Shown here in pieces: positions 48,896 to 57,362 of a DNA stretch of 64,000 bases; within the stretch, counting starts at the first letter, position 1; each line of letters starts with the position of its first letter. The notes beneath the pieces were generated by a model. It was not told where the DNA came from and ran no database searches. It saw only the letters and a program-made list of their open reading frames with translations. Origin of the DNA: a bacterium. GTDB lineage: Bacteria > UBA8248. The stretch covers positions 160,001-224,000 of the forward strand of contig CBDATS010000015.1 of the NCBI GenBank assembly GCA_965200245.1, in the 5' to 3' direction. The translations under genes were made by a program, and so were the position numbers.

Positions 48896-50120
48896 GCCCA
48901 TGGAGAAAAAGGATATCGATAAAAGCACTTTTCCCACGATTGAAGAGGCGATTCGCGATATCCGTGAAGGGCGCATCGTCATTCTCGTGGATGACGAGGA
49001 CCGCGAGAATGAGGGTGATTTTATCTTGGCGGCCAATAGGGTGACGCCCGAGGCGATCAACTTCATGACGAAGCACGCCCGCGGTCTGGTTTGTCTCGCG
49101 CTCACACCCGAGAAAGTGGAATCTCTGGGTCTTCCCATGATGGTTCCCAGCGGTGAGAACGGTTCGGTGTTCGGCACGGCTTTTACGGTTTCCATAGAAG
49201 CGCGCGAAGGTGTGACGACGGGCATCAGCGCTTTCGACAGGGCCCATACCATACAAACTGCGATAAACGAAGATGCCAGACCCTTTGACCTGGTGACGCC
49301 TGGTCATATCTTTCCGCTGCGGGCACAGCCCGGGGGCGTGCTCAGGCGAGCCGGCCACACGGAGGGCACGGTGGACCTGGCACGTCTGGCTGGACTGCAA
49401 CCGGCGGGCGTGCTTTGCGAGGTCTTGAACGAGGACGGATCGATGGCACGATTACCCAACCTGCGGAAAATTGCGCAAAAATACAATCTCTCCCTGGTGA
49501 CCATCAAAGATCTGATTGCCTACCGCATGCGCCATGATCGTCTCGTTGAGCGACTGGAAGAGGCCGAGGTGCCGACGGCGTTCGGAACTTTCAAAGTGTA
49601 TGCATATCACAGTCAATGTAGCGGCAGGATTCACGCCGCTTTGGTGATGGGGGAGTTGAATCCCGAGGAACCCACCCACATTCGGGTACAGCCTGTGAAC
49701 GCCATATGGGACTTGTTGGCGCTTTTGCGCTCCGATTTTCCGGACCGAATCAGAAATGCGCTGGCGAAAATTCAGGAGGCCGGCAAGGGAGTGTTGGTTT
49801 TCTTGCAGCCCGATTCGATGGGAGAGGGGACCGCAAGAACGGAGAAAGCGGCCGGTGGTGGGTGGGATGCAGGTCAGAAAATCGGCATCAAGAGTGCTCC
49901 CCTGGAAGGTTTGCGTGATTACGGTATTGGCGCCCAGATACTCGTGGACCTGGGCTTGCGCCGTATACGGATCATGACGAATGACGAGCGCCGGATTGTC
50001 GCGCTTGAAGGCTATGGTCTTGAGCTTGAAGACAGAGTGGCTGTAGACATGGAGCCTCCTTTGCCGTCTTTGCACAAGAAGAGAAAAGACGGCAAGGAAT
50101 CCTACTTGCAGCGTCCATGA
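48888..50120 (+). CDS. ribB: DHBP synthase fused to a degenerate GTP cyclohydrolase II domain (RibBX-type)
   Basis: DDEDRENEGD, PGHIFPL and GHTE intact; C-domain lacks the RxHSEC..CDC zinc ligands. Confidence 0.9.
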   Translation: MPEPMEKKDIDKSTFPTIEEAIRDIREGRIVILVDDEDRENEGDFILAANRVTPEAINFMTKHARGLVCLALTPEKVESLGLPMMVPSGENGSVFGTAFTVSIEAREGVTTGISAFDRAHTIQTAINEDARPFDLVTPGHIFPLRAQPGGVLRRAGHTEGTVDLARLAGLQPAGVLCEVLNEDGSMARLPNLRKIAQKYNLSLVTIKDLIAYRMRHDRLVERLEEAEVPTAFGTFKVYAYHSQCSGRIHAALVMGELNPEEPTHIRVQPVNAIWDLLALLRSDFPDRIRNALAKIQEAGKGVLVFLQPDSMGEGTARTEKAAGGGWDAGQKIGIKSAPLEGLRDYGIGAQILVDLGLRRIRIMTNDERRIVALEGYGLELEDRVAVDMEPPLPSLHKKRKDGKESYLQRP

Positions 50121-50139
50121 ACATAGATTTGGAGACGGA

Positions 50140-50640
50140 ATGGCTAATCCTGTGGAAGGCAATCTGAACGGGAAGGGCTTGCGGATAGGCTTGGTTTCAT
50201 CCCGGTTCAACGATTTTATCGTAGCGCACTTGGTACGGGGTGCGGAGACGGCTTTGCGCCAATGCGGCGTAGCCGCTTCCGATATCGCGCACGTGCAAGT
50301 GCCAGGTTCGTTCGAACTTCCGGCGGCTGCGATGCGGATGGCGAAATCTCGAAATTACGATGCCATGGTATGCTTGGGCTGCGTAATACGGGGAGCAACC
50401 TCTCACTACGATCTGGTATGCGCCGAGGTGACAAAAGGTATCGCACAGGTGGGTATTCAGGCAGGGGTGCCGACCATATTTGCTGTCGTCACAACGGATA
50501 CGATAGAGCAGGCTATCGAGAGGGCAGGAACAAAGATGGGCAACAAGGGATACGAAGGAGCCTTGGCCGCCGTGGAGATGGCGACTTTATTCGCGAGAAT
50601 GGAAGAGGATGGGAATGGCGCTCTTGAAGAGGTGAAGTGA
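50140..50640 (+). CDS. ribH: 6,7-dimethyl-8-ribityllumazine synthase
   Basis: SRFN, VPGSFELP, LGCVIRGATSH, NKG. Confidence 0.97.
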   Translation: MANPVEGNLNGKGLRIGLVSSRFNDFIVAHLVRGAETALRQCGVAASDIAHVQVPGSFELPAAAMRMAKSRNYDAMVCLGCVIRGATSHYDLVCAEVTKGIAQVGIQAGVPTIFAVVTTDTIEQAIERAGTKMGNKGYEGALAAVEMATLFARMEEDGNGALEEVK

Positions 50641-51053
50641 TGGCCGAGAACCGAAAGGCGGGTCGAGAGCTTGCGTTTCAAATCCTTTATCATACCGATT
50701 GCATCGGAAGTCTTTCGCAAGAGGAGGTCGAGCGTTATTGGTGCTTGCATCCGGCGGAAGAGAATTCAAGGATGTTCGCCGACAGGTTGATGTCGGTCAT
50801 CCTGGAAAAAGACCACCAGATAAACGATTTAATCACAGAAGCAAGTGTGAGTTGGTCACTGGAACGCATGGACGCAGTATCGAGAAGCATTCTACGATTG
50901 GGTGTTTGCGAAATTTATTTTCTTCCGGAAATCCCACCTGCAGTCACTATGGATGAAGCAATTCGCCTGGCCAAACGCTATGGGCCGGAAAATACTCCCG
51001 GTTTTGTTAACGGCATCCTAGATCGTCTTCATCAAGACAAAATGGTGGTCTAG
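50640..51053 (+). CDS. nusB: Transcription antitermination factor NusB
   Basis: RKAGRELAFQILY, WSLERM, EAIRLAKRYG, FVNGILD. Confidence 0.95.
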   Translation: MAENRKAGRELAFQILYHTDCIGSLSQEEVERYWCLHPAEENSRMFADRLMSVILEKDHQINDLITEASVSWSLERMDAVSRSILRLGVCEIYFLPEIPPAVTMDEAIRLAKRYGPENTPGFVNGILDRLHQDKMVV

Positions 51054-51054
51054 G

Positions 51055-51609
51055 TTGATACGCCTTCGCCTCTTCCCTGAAGAGTTGCACGAAGTAAAAT
51101 GCTTTGCTGCCGTTTCCATGTTTGCAGTGGAGGATTATCCGTTTCAAGGTCGTTTGGGGGAAATTGATCGCTTGTTGGAGAATGAGGCGAGCCGCTTGGT
51201 GCACCAGGGCAAATTGAGCGGTGCATGGGACTCCCAGGCAATGCTGGCATCTAAGGGTAGACTCGCGCCCGAGTATATCTTGTTTGCAGGAATCGGCTCT
51301 TTGAACGATTTGACCCTTACGAAACTCTACAGGCGCGCGAAGGACATTTTCGGAAGAATGATGAAGGCATCGGCGAACAATTTGTCTCTGCAGGTTTCGG
51401 GCTTCGCGCAACTGCCGGGAGGTTTCGCTCCCATGGCGACGGAAATTGTGAACGGCGCGATTCGTGGTGTTATCGGCAGCCCTTGGGATGTCGATATTCT
51501 CGTTTGCGAACCTGATGACAGAAAATATGACGAACTGATTGCCCTGAGCGAGCAAATCACTTTCAGTAGCGTGAAGAACCGCGAACTCTCCCTGGAGGTT
51601 TTCATGTGA
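51055..51609 (+). CDS. Stand-alone M17 (leucyl aminopeptidase) N-terminal-domain-like protein
   Basis: DYPFQGRLGEIDRLL, GKLSG, LASKGRL..EYILFAGIG; no catalytic domain. Confidence 0.6.
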   Translation: MIRLRLFPEELHEVKCFAAVSMFAVEDYPFQGRLGEIDRLLENEASRLVHQGKLSGAWDSQAMLASKGRLAPEYILFAGIGSLNDLTLTKLYRRAKDIFGRMMKASANNLSLQVSGFAQLPGGFAPMATEIVNGAIRGVIGSPWDVDILVCEPDDRKYDELIALSEQITFSSVKNRELSLEVFM

Positions 51610-52142
51610 GCGGAGCGCTTTTCAAGATGGTTCACAGACTCTGTTTCACTCTCGTGATGAGTGTTTTCCTGGCTGCGGGTTGCGGTTATGAACTCGAAGG
51701 AACCCTCCGCCCCGAAAACCTGAAAGGCGCACGCACAATTTCGATAGCATCTTTCTTGAACCAGACAAACGAGCCGGGTCTCGGACGCGTGATGACAAAA
51801 ACACTCAGGGGTAGATTCTTGCGGGATGGCCGTCTCCAGGTTACGGATTCCTCCGATGCGGACATAGCCCTCGAAGGCATATTGCGCCAATATCGCCTTA
51901 CCCCGATTGGGTTCACTCGCGCAGATAGGGCTCAGGAATATCGGGTCTCCGTGCGAACACGGATACGTCTGCGCAACAGGACGCAGAAAAAAATGCTCAT
52001 CAATCAGGATGTAGATTCTTATGCAGAATTCAAGGTTGCCCCATCTATAGCGCAGAGTGCAGCGAATCGATCAAATGCAAATCAACGAGTGGCCAACTCT
52101 GTGTCCGAAGACATCGTCAGTCTCGTATTGGAGGGATTTTAG
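51606..52142 (+). CDS. lptE: LPS assembly lipoprotein LptE
   Basis: Lipobox LAAGCGY; FLNQTNEPGL; position before holA. Confidence 0.85.
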   Translation: MSGALFKMVHRLCFTLVMSVFLAAGCGYELEGTLRPENLKGARTISIASFLNQTNEPGLGRVMTKTLRGRFLRDGRLQVTDSSDADIALEGILRQYRLTPIGFTRADRAQEYRVSVRTRIRLRNRTQKKMLINQDVDSYAEFKVAPSIAQSAANRSNANQRVANSVSEDIVSLVLEGF

Positions 52143-52143
52143 G

Positions 52144-53187
52144 TTGGCCCCGAGCCGCAAGAAGCCGAAGAGTTCCTTGGCGGCGATCTCCAAAGTGCAG
52201 AACGTACCGACACAACCCATCTATCTTTTGGAAGGCAAGGACTCTTTTTTGCGCGATGAGTATCTTCGTATCATCCGTCTAAAGGTTTTTGGCGATGGAC
52301 GGGATGATTTTAACCTTGATCGATTCGACTGGAACAGTATAGATGCGTCTGAAATCATCACCATTGCTCAGACACTGCCGTTTATGGCCGAAAAGCGCCT
52401 CGTTGAAATTCTCAATTTCGCAAGGCCAGACGATAAGGATGAATCCATCTTCCTCTCTTATTTGGAGCAACCATCCACGTCCACGGTTCTGGTTTTTTGC
52501 GCTGAAAACGTCGACATGCGGACGTTATTTTTTCAGCGTCTGGCGAAGGCAAGCGTAGTTTGTCAGGTGGATATCCTGGAGGGCGAAGAATTAAAGAAAT
52601 GGCTCCACGGGCGCGCCGCAGCGCTGGGGATTGAGTTGCGGCCGGAGGCTGCTGATATCCTGATCGAGATGGTACAGCCCTCCATGATGTGCCTTGATAC
52701 GGAACTCGAGAAAATCGCTACCTATCTCATGCCGGAAAAGCTTGCTGGTGCGGAGGAAATTCGTGACATTGTCCGGCATTCCAGAGAGGAATTGCTATAT
52801 AAACTGGGCGATTCGCTCAGCCATGGAAGCTTGAGAGAAACCCTTGCTCTCTTGCGCCGAATGATGGAAACCGAGCACCCAGTCGTGTTTGTCGGGTTGT
52901 TGCGGAATTTGATTCGGCGCTGGACGATTTCGAAGGCTTTGATCAGAAGCGACCGAAGCGCTCAGGGGATTTCCCAGGTACTGGGTTTGCCCCCCTTTGT
53001 CGCACGAAGGCTTGAGAATCAGGTGAGGGGGTTTCGTTCCGCTTATTTGCGCGAACTGTATGGAAAGCTGCTTCAGGTGGATCGCAAACTCAAGCGTACA
53101 AACGACGTAAGAGCCGCTCGCCGCACACTGGAGTTGTTTCTGGTGGAGGTGCGTTCCTCAAGAAGCGGAACGCATAAGGTTGCCTAG
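52144..53187 (+). CDS. holA: DNA polymerase III delta subunit
   Basis: IYLLEG, TLPFMAEKRLV, ELEK; between lptE and rpsT. Confidence 0.9.
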   Translation: MAPSRKKPKSSLAAISKVQNVPTQPIYLLEGKDSFLRDEYLRIIRLKVFGDGRDDFNLDRFDWNSIDASEIITIAQTLPFMAEKRLVEILNFARPDDKDESIFLSYLEQPSTSTVLVFCAENVDMRTLFFQRLAKASVVCQVDILEGEELKKWLHGRAAALGIELRPEAADILIEMVQPSMMCLDTELEKIATYLMPEKLAGAEEIRDIVRHSREELLYKLGDSLSHGSLRETLALLRRMMETEHPVVFVGLLRNLIRRWTISKALIRSDRSAQGISQVLGLPPFVARRLENQVRGFRSAYLRELYGKLLQVDRKLKRTNDVRAARRTLELFLVEVRSSRSGTHKVA

Positions 53188-53442
53188 CTACTTGGAAGAG
53201 ACAGCGAGAACCCTCTTGGCCAATCTCCCTGCACGTCTCGAAGCCGTTTTTTTATGAATGACCCCTTTCGTTGCAGCTCGGTCCAGTTGAGATTGGGCTT
53301 TTTTCAGTAGTTCTTCTGTATTTTCCTCCTTACTCAAGGCCTGCTTGATTGTATTTCGAAACTGCGTTCGAATGGCACGGTTTTTGGCACGACGAACGAT
53401 GTTCTGGCGATTGCGCTTTTTGGCTGACCGGATGTGTGGCAA
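53188..53442 (-). CDS. rpsT: 30S ribosomal protein S20
   Basis: IRSAKKR.RQ, KGVIHKKTASR; TTG start. Confidence 0.96.
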   Translation of the reverse strand: MPHIRSAKKRNRQNIVRRAKNRAIRTQFRNTIKQALSKEENTEELLKKAQSQLDRAATKGVIHKKTASRRAGRLAKRVLAVSSK

Positions 53443-53560
53443 TTTGTTCCTTTCTCCGTGAATATAGTTGCAAAGTCTCTCTTGAGGCTGTTCGACAGCG
53501 TCGGTAAAATATCACGGAACGAAGGGTTGTCAAGCTCACCGCCCCGGTGTCAGGTATTTT

Positions 53561-55240
53561 GTGACCACGCCACCTGAATCCTCCAACCCAGGAAGAAAAG
53601 AAAACGTTTCTCCCGCTGCGCCGGCAGATAATAGCGACCCACCCGTGGGGGAGAGTATCTCAAGATTTGCAGGTCCCGTCAGTCTGGCAACTCTTGTCAG
53701 CCGGGTGGCTGGTTTTTTTCGGGATTTGCTCATCGCCAAATTTTTTGGTGCCGCGATGATGGCTGACGCCTTTTTTGTCGCTTTCTCTATTCCCAATCTT
53801 TTCCGGCGCATGTTTATGGAAGGAGCCCTGAGTTCCTCGTTCCTTCCAGTCTACGCAGACGTTCGGGAACGATCCGGAACCAGACAGGCCCGAAAATTTG
53901 CAGGCGGCATGTTGGTGTTTCTTATACTCGCTGGAAGCGCGGGCTGTGCGGTCGGGATTTGGTTCGCTGAGCCTTTAATGAGAGCGCTGGCTCCTGGATT
54001 TTCGAACAATCCGGGGAAACTGGATCTTGCTGCACAACTCACCAGAATCATGTTTCCGTTCATCATTTTTATCGGGTTGTGGGCGGTCGCCGCCGGTATG
54101 CTGAACGCGGCTCGACGCTTTTTCGTTCCTGCCTTGGCGCCAGCGATTCAAAACGCGATAATCATCTTTGCCCTGCTGGCGGCCGATTACCTGGTCAGCA
54201 GGGTGGAAGCCATTCGTTGGCTTGCGTGGGCCGTCGTAATTGGCGGAGCGACGCAGTTTATTTTTCTGCTCCCCTTTATGGGGAAATTGAAGATACTGCC
54301 GTTGCCCTCCATTTCCTGGAGGGTGGAGGGCCTCGGTAAGTGCCTTGCGTTGATGGGGCCGGCGGCTCTTGGAGGCGCTATTTTTCAGATCAATATTCTC
54401 GTTGATCGGTGGCTTGCATCATTCTTGGCCGAAGGGTCCATCTCTTTCCTCTACTATGCAAACCGCCTGGTTCAACTTCCTCACGGCATGCTGAGCCTGG
54501 CTGTGGTTTCCGCCGTTTTACCGGTCATGTCCGACTACGCGGCGAAGAATCGAGAAAATTCCGAGTCCGGAGATTCTGAGCGCAACACAATACTCGAGGC
54601 GGGGCGTCTGATGCTTTTCATCACCATTCCCTCTGCATTCGGTCTGATGGCATTAGCACATCCGATCATCGAGGTTATTTTCGAGCGTGGTGCTTTTACT
54701 GAGGACCATACCGTTGCGAGCGCGGCCGCCTTGCGGGCGTATGCAGCGGGATTGGTTTTTTTTGGATTCACGAGGCTTTTGGCAGGGGTATTCCATGCCC
54801 GATTGAATACGAGCTTTCCGGTACGGTGCGCCAATGTGGCCGTGCTAGCGAACGTAGCTCTCAGCATCGCACTTATGTTTCCTTTGGGGTTTGTCGGGCT
54901 CGCGCTCGCTACATCATGCGCGAGTGCTTTGAACACGGTGTTGTTGATGAGAGGCGTTCAGCGCGAATGGCTCGATTTCCCCAAAAAAGAGTTGCTCCGG
55001 TCCCTAAGCAGGCTTCTCGTGCTGGGTTTTGGGGCAGTGTTACTTGTGTATTTTCTCCATATTCAACTTATTCATTTGCAATTGTGGGATGCGCAGGGTT
55101 CATCGCTTCGCAAATTCCTGTTGATAATTTTCGAAATATCCTTGGCCGCCGGCTTCTATATTTTTCTGGCGAAAAAATTTGACTCCTCCTCTTATGAATC
55201 ATGGCGCCGTTTCACCCGCTCCGCATGGAGGAAATCCTGA
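53561..55240 (+). CDS. murJ: Lipid II flippase MurJ
   Basis: SRVAGFFRD, IPNLFRR...EG, YANRLVQLP, IFERGAF. Confidence 0.96.
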   Translation: MTTPPESSNPGRKENVSPAAPADNSDPPVGESISRFAGPVSLATLVSRVAGFFRDLLIAKFFGAAMMADAFFVAFSIPNLFRRMFMEGALSSSFLPVYADVRERSGTRQARKFAGGMLVFLILAGSAGCAVGIWFAEPLMRALAPGFSNNPGKLDLAAQLTRIMFPFIIFIGLWAVAAGMLNAARRFFVPALAPAIQNAIIIFALLAADYLVSRVEAIRWLAWAVVIGGATQFIFLLPFMGKLKILPLPSISWRVEGLGKCLALMGPAALGGAIFQINILVDRWLASFLAEGSISFLYYANRLVQLPHGMLSLAVVSAVLPVMSDYAAKNRENSESGDSERNTILEAGRLMLFITIPSAFGLMALAHPIIEVIFERGAFTEDHTVASAAALRAYAAGLVFFGFTRLLAGVFHARLNTSFPVRCANVAVLANVALSIALMFPLGFVGLALATSCASALNTVLLMRGVQREWLDFPKKELLRSLSRLLVLGFGAVLLVYFLHIQLIHLQLWDAQGSSLRKFLLIIFEISLAAGFYIFLAKKFDSSSYESWRRFTRSAWRKS

Positions 55241-55258
55241 ATAAATGAGGTTCGGTCC

Positions 55259-56182
55259 ATGACAAAAGAGAAAAACGGTTCACTCGATGCGCGTTTGGCT
55301 GATATTTCGAGGGTTTTTCGGGACTTTCTCCTGATCGAGCGTCGTCGCGCGGCGAATACCGTAGAGAGTTACGGGCGTGATGTGGAATCGTTTTTCTTTT
55401 GGCTTCAGGAGAACGATAAAGTTTCTCCATCGAACTGGTCAAAGAGCACCTTAATTGATTATCTCAAGGATAAGCGCGAGCAGGAAAAATCAGACACAAC
55501 ACTGCGTCGTCACTTGGCATCTATTCGCGCACTCGCCAGACTGCTGGTCCGAGATGGATATATTGAACAGGATTTTACGGCGGACATCGTGCAGCCCTCA
55601 AGGTGGAAGCGGTTGCCCAAGACACTTTCTCAGGAGGATATGTCCCAGATATTGCTGGCACCCGATGGCAAAACTCCCCAGGCTGTTCGGGACAGGGCGA
55701 TGTTCGAACTCTTATACGCCACAGGCATGCGAGTCAGCGAGCTCATTCAACTCAAGCTCAACCAGATTGAGATTGGATCGGGTTTTTGCATCGTTCATGG
55801 CAAGGGAGATAAATCCCGGCTTGTTCCGATAGGAGATGCGGCGAAAGACATGCTGGGAGATTATCTCGATACAGCTCGGCTGAGTCTTTTACGCGCCCGA
55901 AAGTCGGATTATGTGTTTCTGACTGGCAGGGGAGAGCCCATGACCCGTCAGGCCTTTTGGGCGCGGGTCAAGAGATGGTCAAAGGTAGCAGGTGTGGGCA
56001 AAGGCGTGAGTCCTCATGTATTTCGACACAGCTTCGCAACTCATTTGCTCAACCACGGAGCCGACCTGCGCGCCGTACAAGCCATGCTAGGGCATTCGGA
56101 TATCTCGACCACCGAAGTCTACACACATGTGGACAGACAAAAACTTCGGGGGCTCTTGGATAAGAGCCACCCGAGAGGATAG
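55259..56182 (+). CDS. xerD: Tyrosine recombinase XerD
   Basis: LPKTLS, RDRAMFELLYATGMRVSEL, MTRQAFW, SPHVFRHSFATHLL.HGADLR.VQAMLGH...TEVYTH. Confidence 0.93.
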   Translation: MTKEKNGSLDARLADISRVFRDFLLIERRRAANTVESYGRDVESFFFWLQENDKVSPSNWSKSTLIDYLKDKREQEKSDTTLRRHLASIRALARLLVRDGYIEQDFTADIVQPSRWKRLPKTLSQEDMSQILLAPDGKTPQAVRDRAMFELLYATGMRVSELIQLKLNQIEIGSGFCIVHGKGDKSRLVPIGDAAKDMLGDYLDTARLSLLRARKSDYVFLTGRGEPMTRQAFWARVKRWSKVAGVGKGVSPHVFRHSFATHLLNHGADLRAVQAMLGHSDISTTEVYTHVDRQKLRGLLDKSHPRG

Positions 56183-56215
56183 AGAAGATTGCGAAACCAA
56201 TATAAATTTCTTTTG

Positions 56216-56244
56216 TTGACGCCTGAAATTCTGGGGCGTACGAT
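56216..56244 (+). promoter_or_regulatory. Putative sigma70 promoter for the phoH operon
   Basis: TTGACG-17 nt-TACGAT. Confidence 0.5.
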
Positions 56245-56306
56245 TTAGAGGCGCATGGGATTCCGATTCTAGAATCGAGATATAAAATACAGGGAGCCTG
56301 AATCTT

Positions 56307-57263
56307 TTGGCGATAAGAATGTCTGCAAGCCCGCTAGCCGGGCCGGATAGATTGGTTCATATAATCGGGAATCGGGATGAATCTTTACAGGCCCTGGAGA
56401 AGGCGTTTGACGTAAAAATCAGAATTGCATCAGAGGGGTTCGTGGTGGAGGGCCCATCCGATACGGCGGACAAAGCCCGACTGTTTCTTGACGAGTTGAT
56501 CGAATGCGTGGATGAGGGATTTCGGTTCGATTCGTATAACGTCAAAACACTGGCTCAAACCGTTGCTTTGGAACAAAACGTTACGCTTCGTTCTCTGGTG
56601 ACCAATCGGATATCTGTTTCTCCCAAGAAACGATATGTCGTTCCCAAAGGCCCTGTCCAGAGCGAGTACATTCGAGCGATCCGTGAAAAGGGGGTAACTT
56701 TCGGAGTCGGACCGGCTGGCACGGGAAAGACATATCTGGCGATGGCGATGGCGGTTTCCGGGTTGCTGGACAAGGCATACGCTCGTATCGTTTTGACCAG
56801 GCCAGTCGTAGAGGCAGGCGAGAAACTCGGGTTCTTGCCTGGTGATTTGCAAGAGAAGGTGAATCCGTATCTCAGGCCGCTGTTTGATGCCCTTAACGAT
56901 ATGGTGGAATACGAACGTGTGGAACGTTTCATTCAAAGAGGCGAGGTTGAGATAGCTCCGCTTGCCTATATGAGGGGGCGTTCTCTGAATGATTCCTTTA
57001 TTATTCTGGATGAGGCGCAAAACACGACACCCGAGCAGATGAAAATGTTCCTCACCCGTCTCGGCACCCGGAGCAAGGCGGTAGTAACGGGAGATATTAC
57101 ACAAATCGATTTGCCAGAAACTTCGGGGTGCGGGCTGATTCATGCCCGAGATGTCTTGGGGGGATTGGGAGAAGTCAGTTTCGTCTATTTCAGTGAACGA
57201 GATGTGGTTCGCACGCAATTGGTGAGAAAAATTGTTGCTGCTTACGAAGCCCACAGCTTATAA
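56307..57263 (+). CDS. phoH: PhoH family ATPase
   Basis: GPAGTGKT, GEKLGFLPG, PLAYMRGR, DEAQN. Confidence 0.95.
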   Translation: MAIRMSASPLAGPDRLVHIIGNRDESLQALEKAFDVKIRIASEGFVVEGPSDTADKARLFLDELIECVDEGFRFDSYNVKTLAQTVALEQNVTLRSLVTNRISVSPKKRYVVPKGPVQSEYIRAIREKGVTFGVGPAGTGKTYLAMAMAVSGLLDKAYARIVLTRPVVEAGEKLGFLPGDLQEKVNPYLRPLFDALNDMVEYERVERFIQRGEVEIAPLAYMRGRSLNDSFIILDEAQNTTPEQMKMFLTRLGTRSKAVVTGDITQIDLPETSGCGLIHARDVLGGLGEVSFVYFSERDVVRTQLVRKIVAAYEAHSL

Positions 57264-57362
57264 GCAAGTGCTCGATAAAGTACTTTTATAGCCAGGGGCG
57301 TTCACATATAGCCGGTACGTCCACGATCCCTTTGATGCTGAAGGATTCTGGAGGTTAATCGC

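Noticed and set aside
55259-56182. Tyrosine recombinase as a mobile-element integrase
   Set aside because: XerD signature motifs and housekeeping context; no att sites or cargo seen
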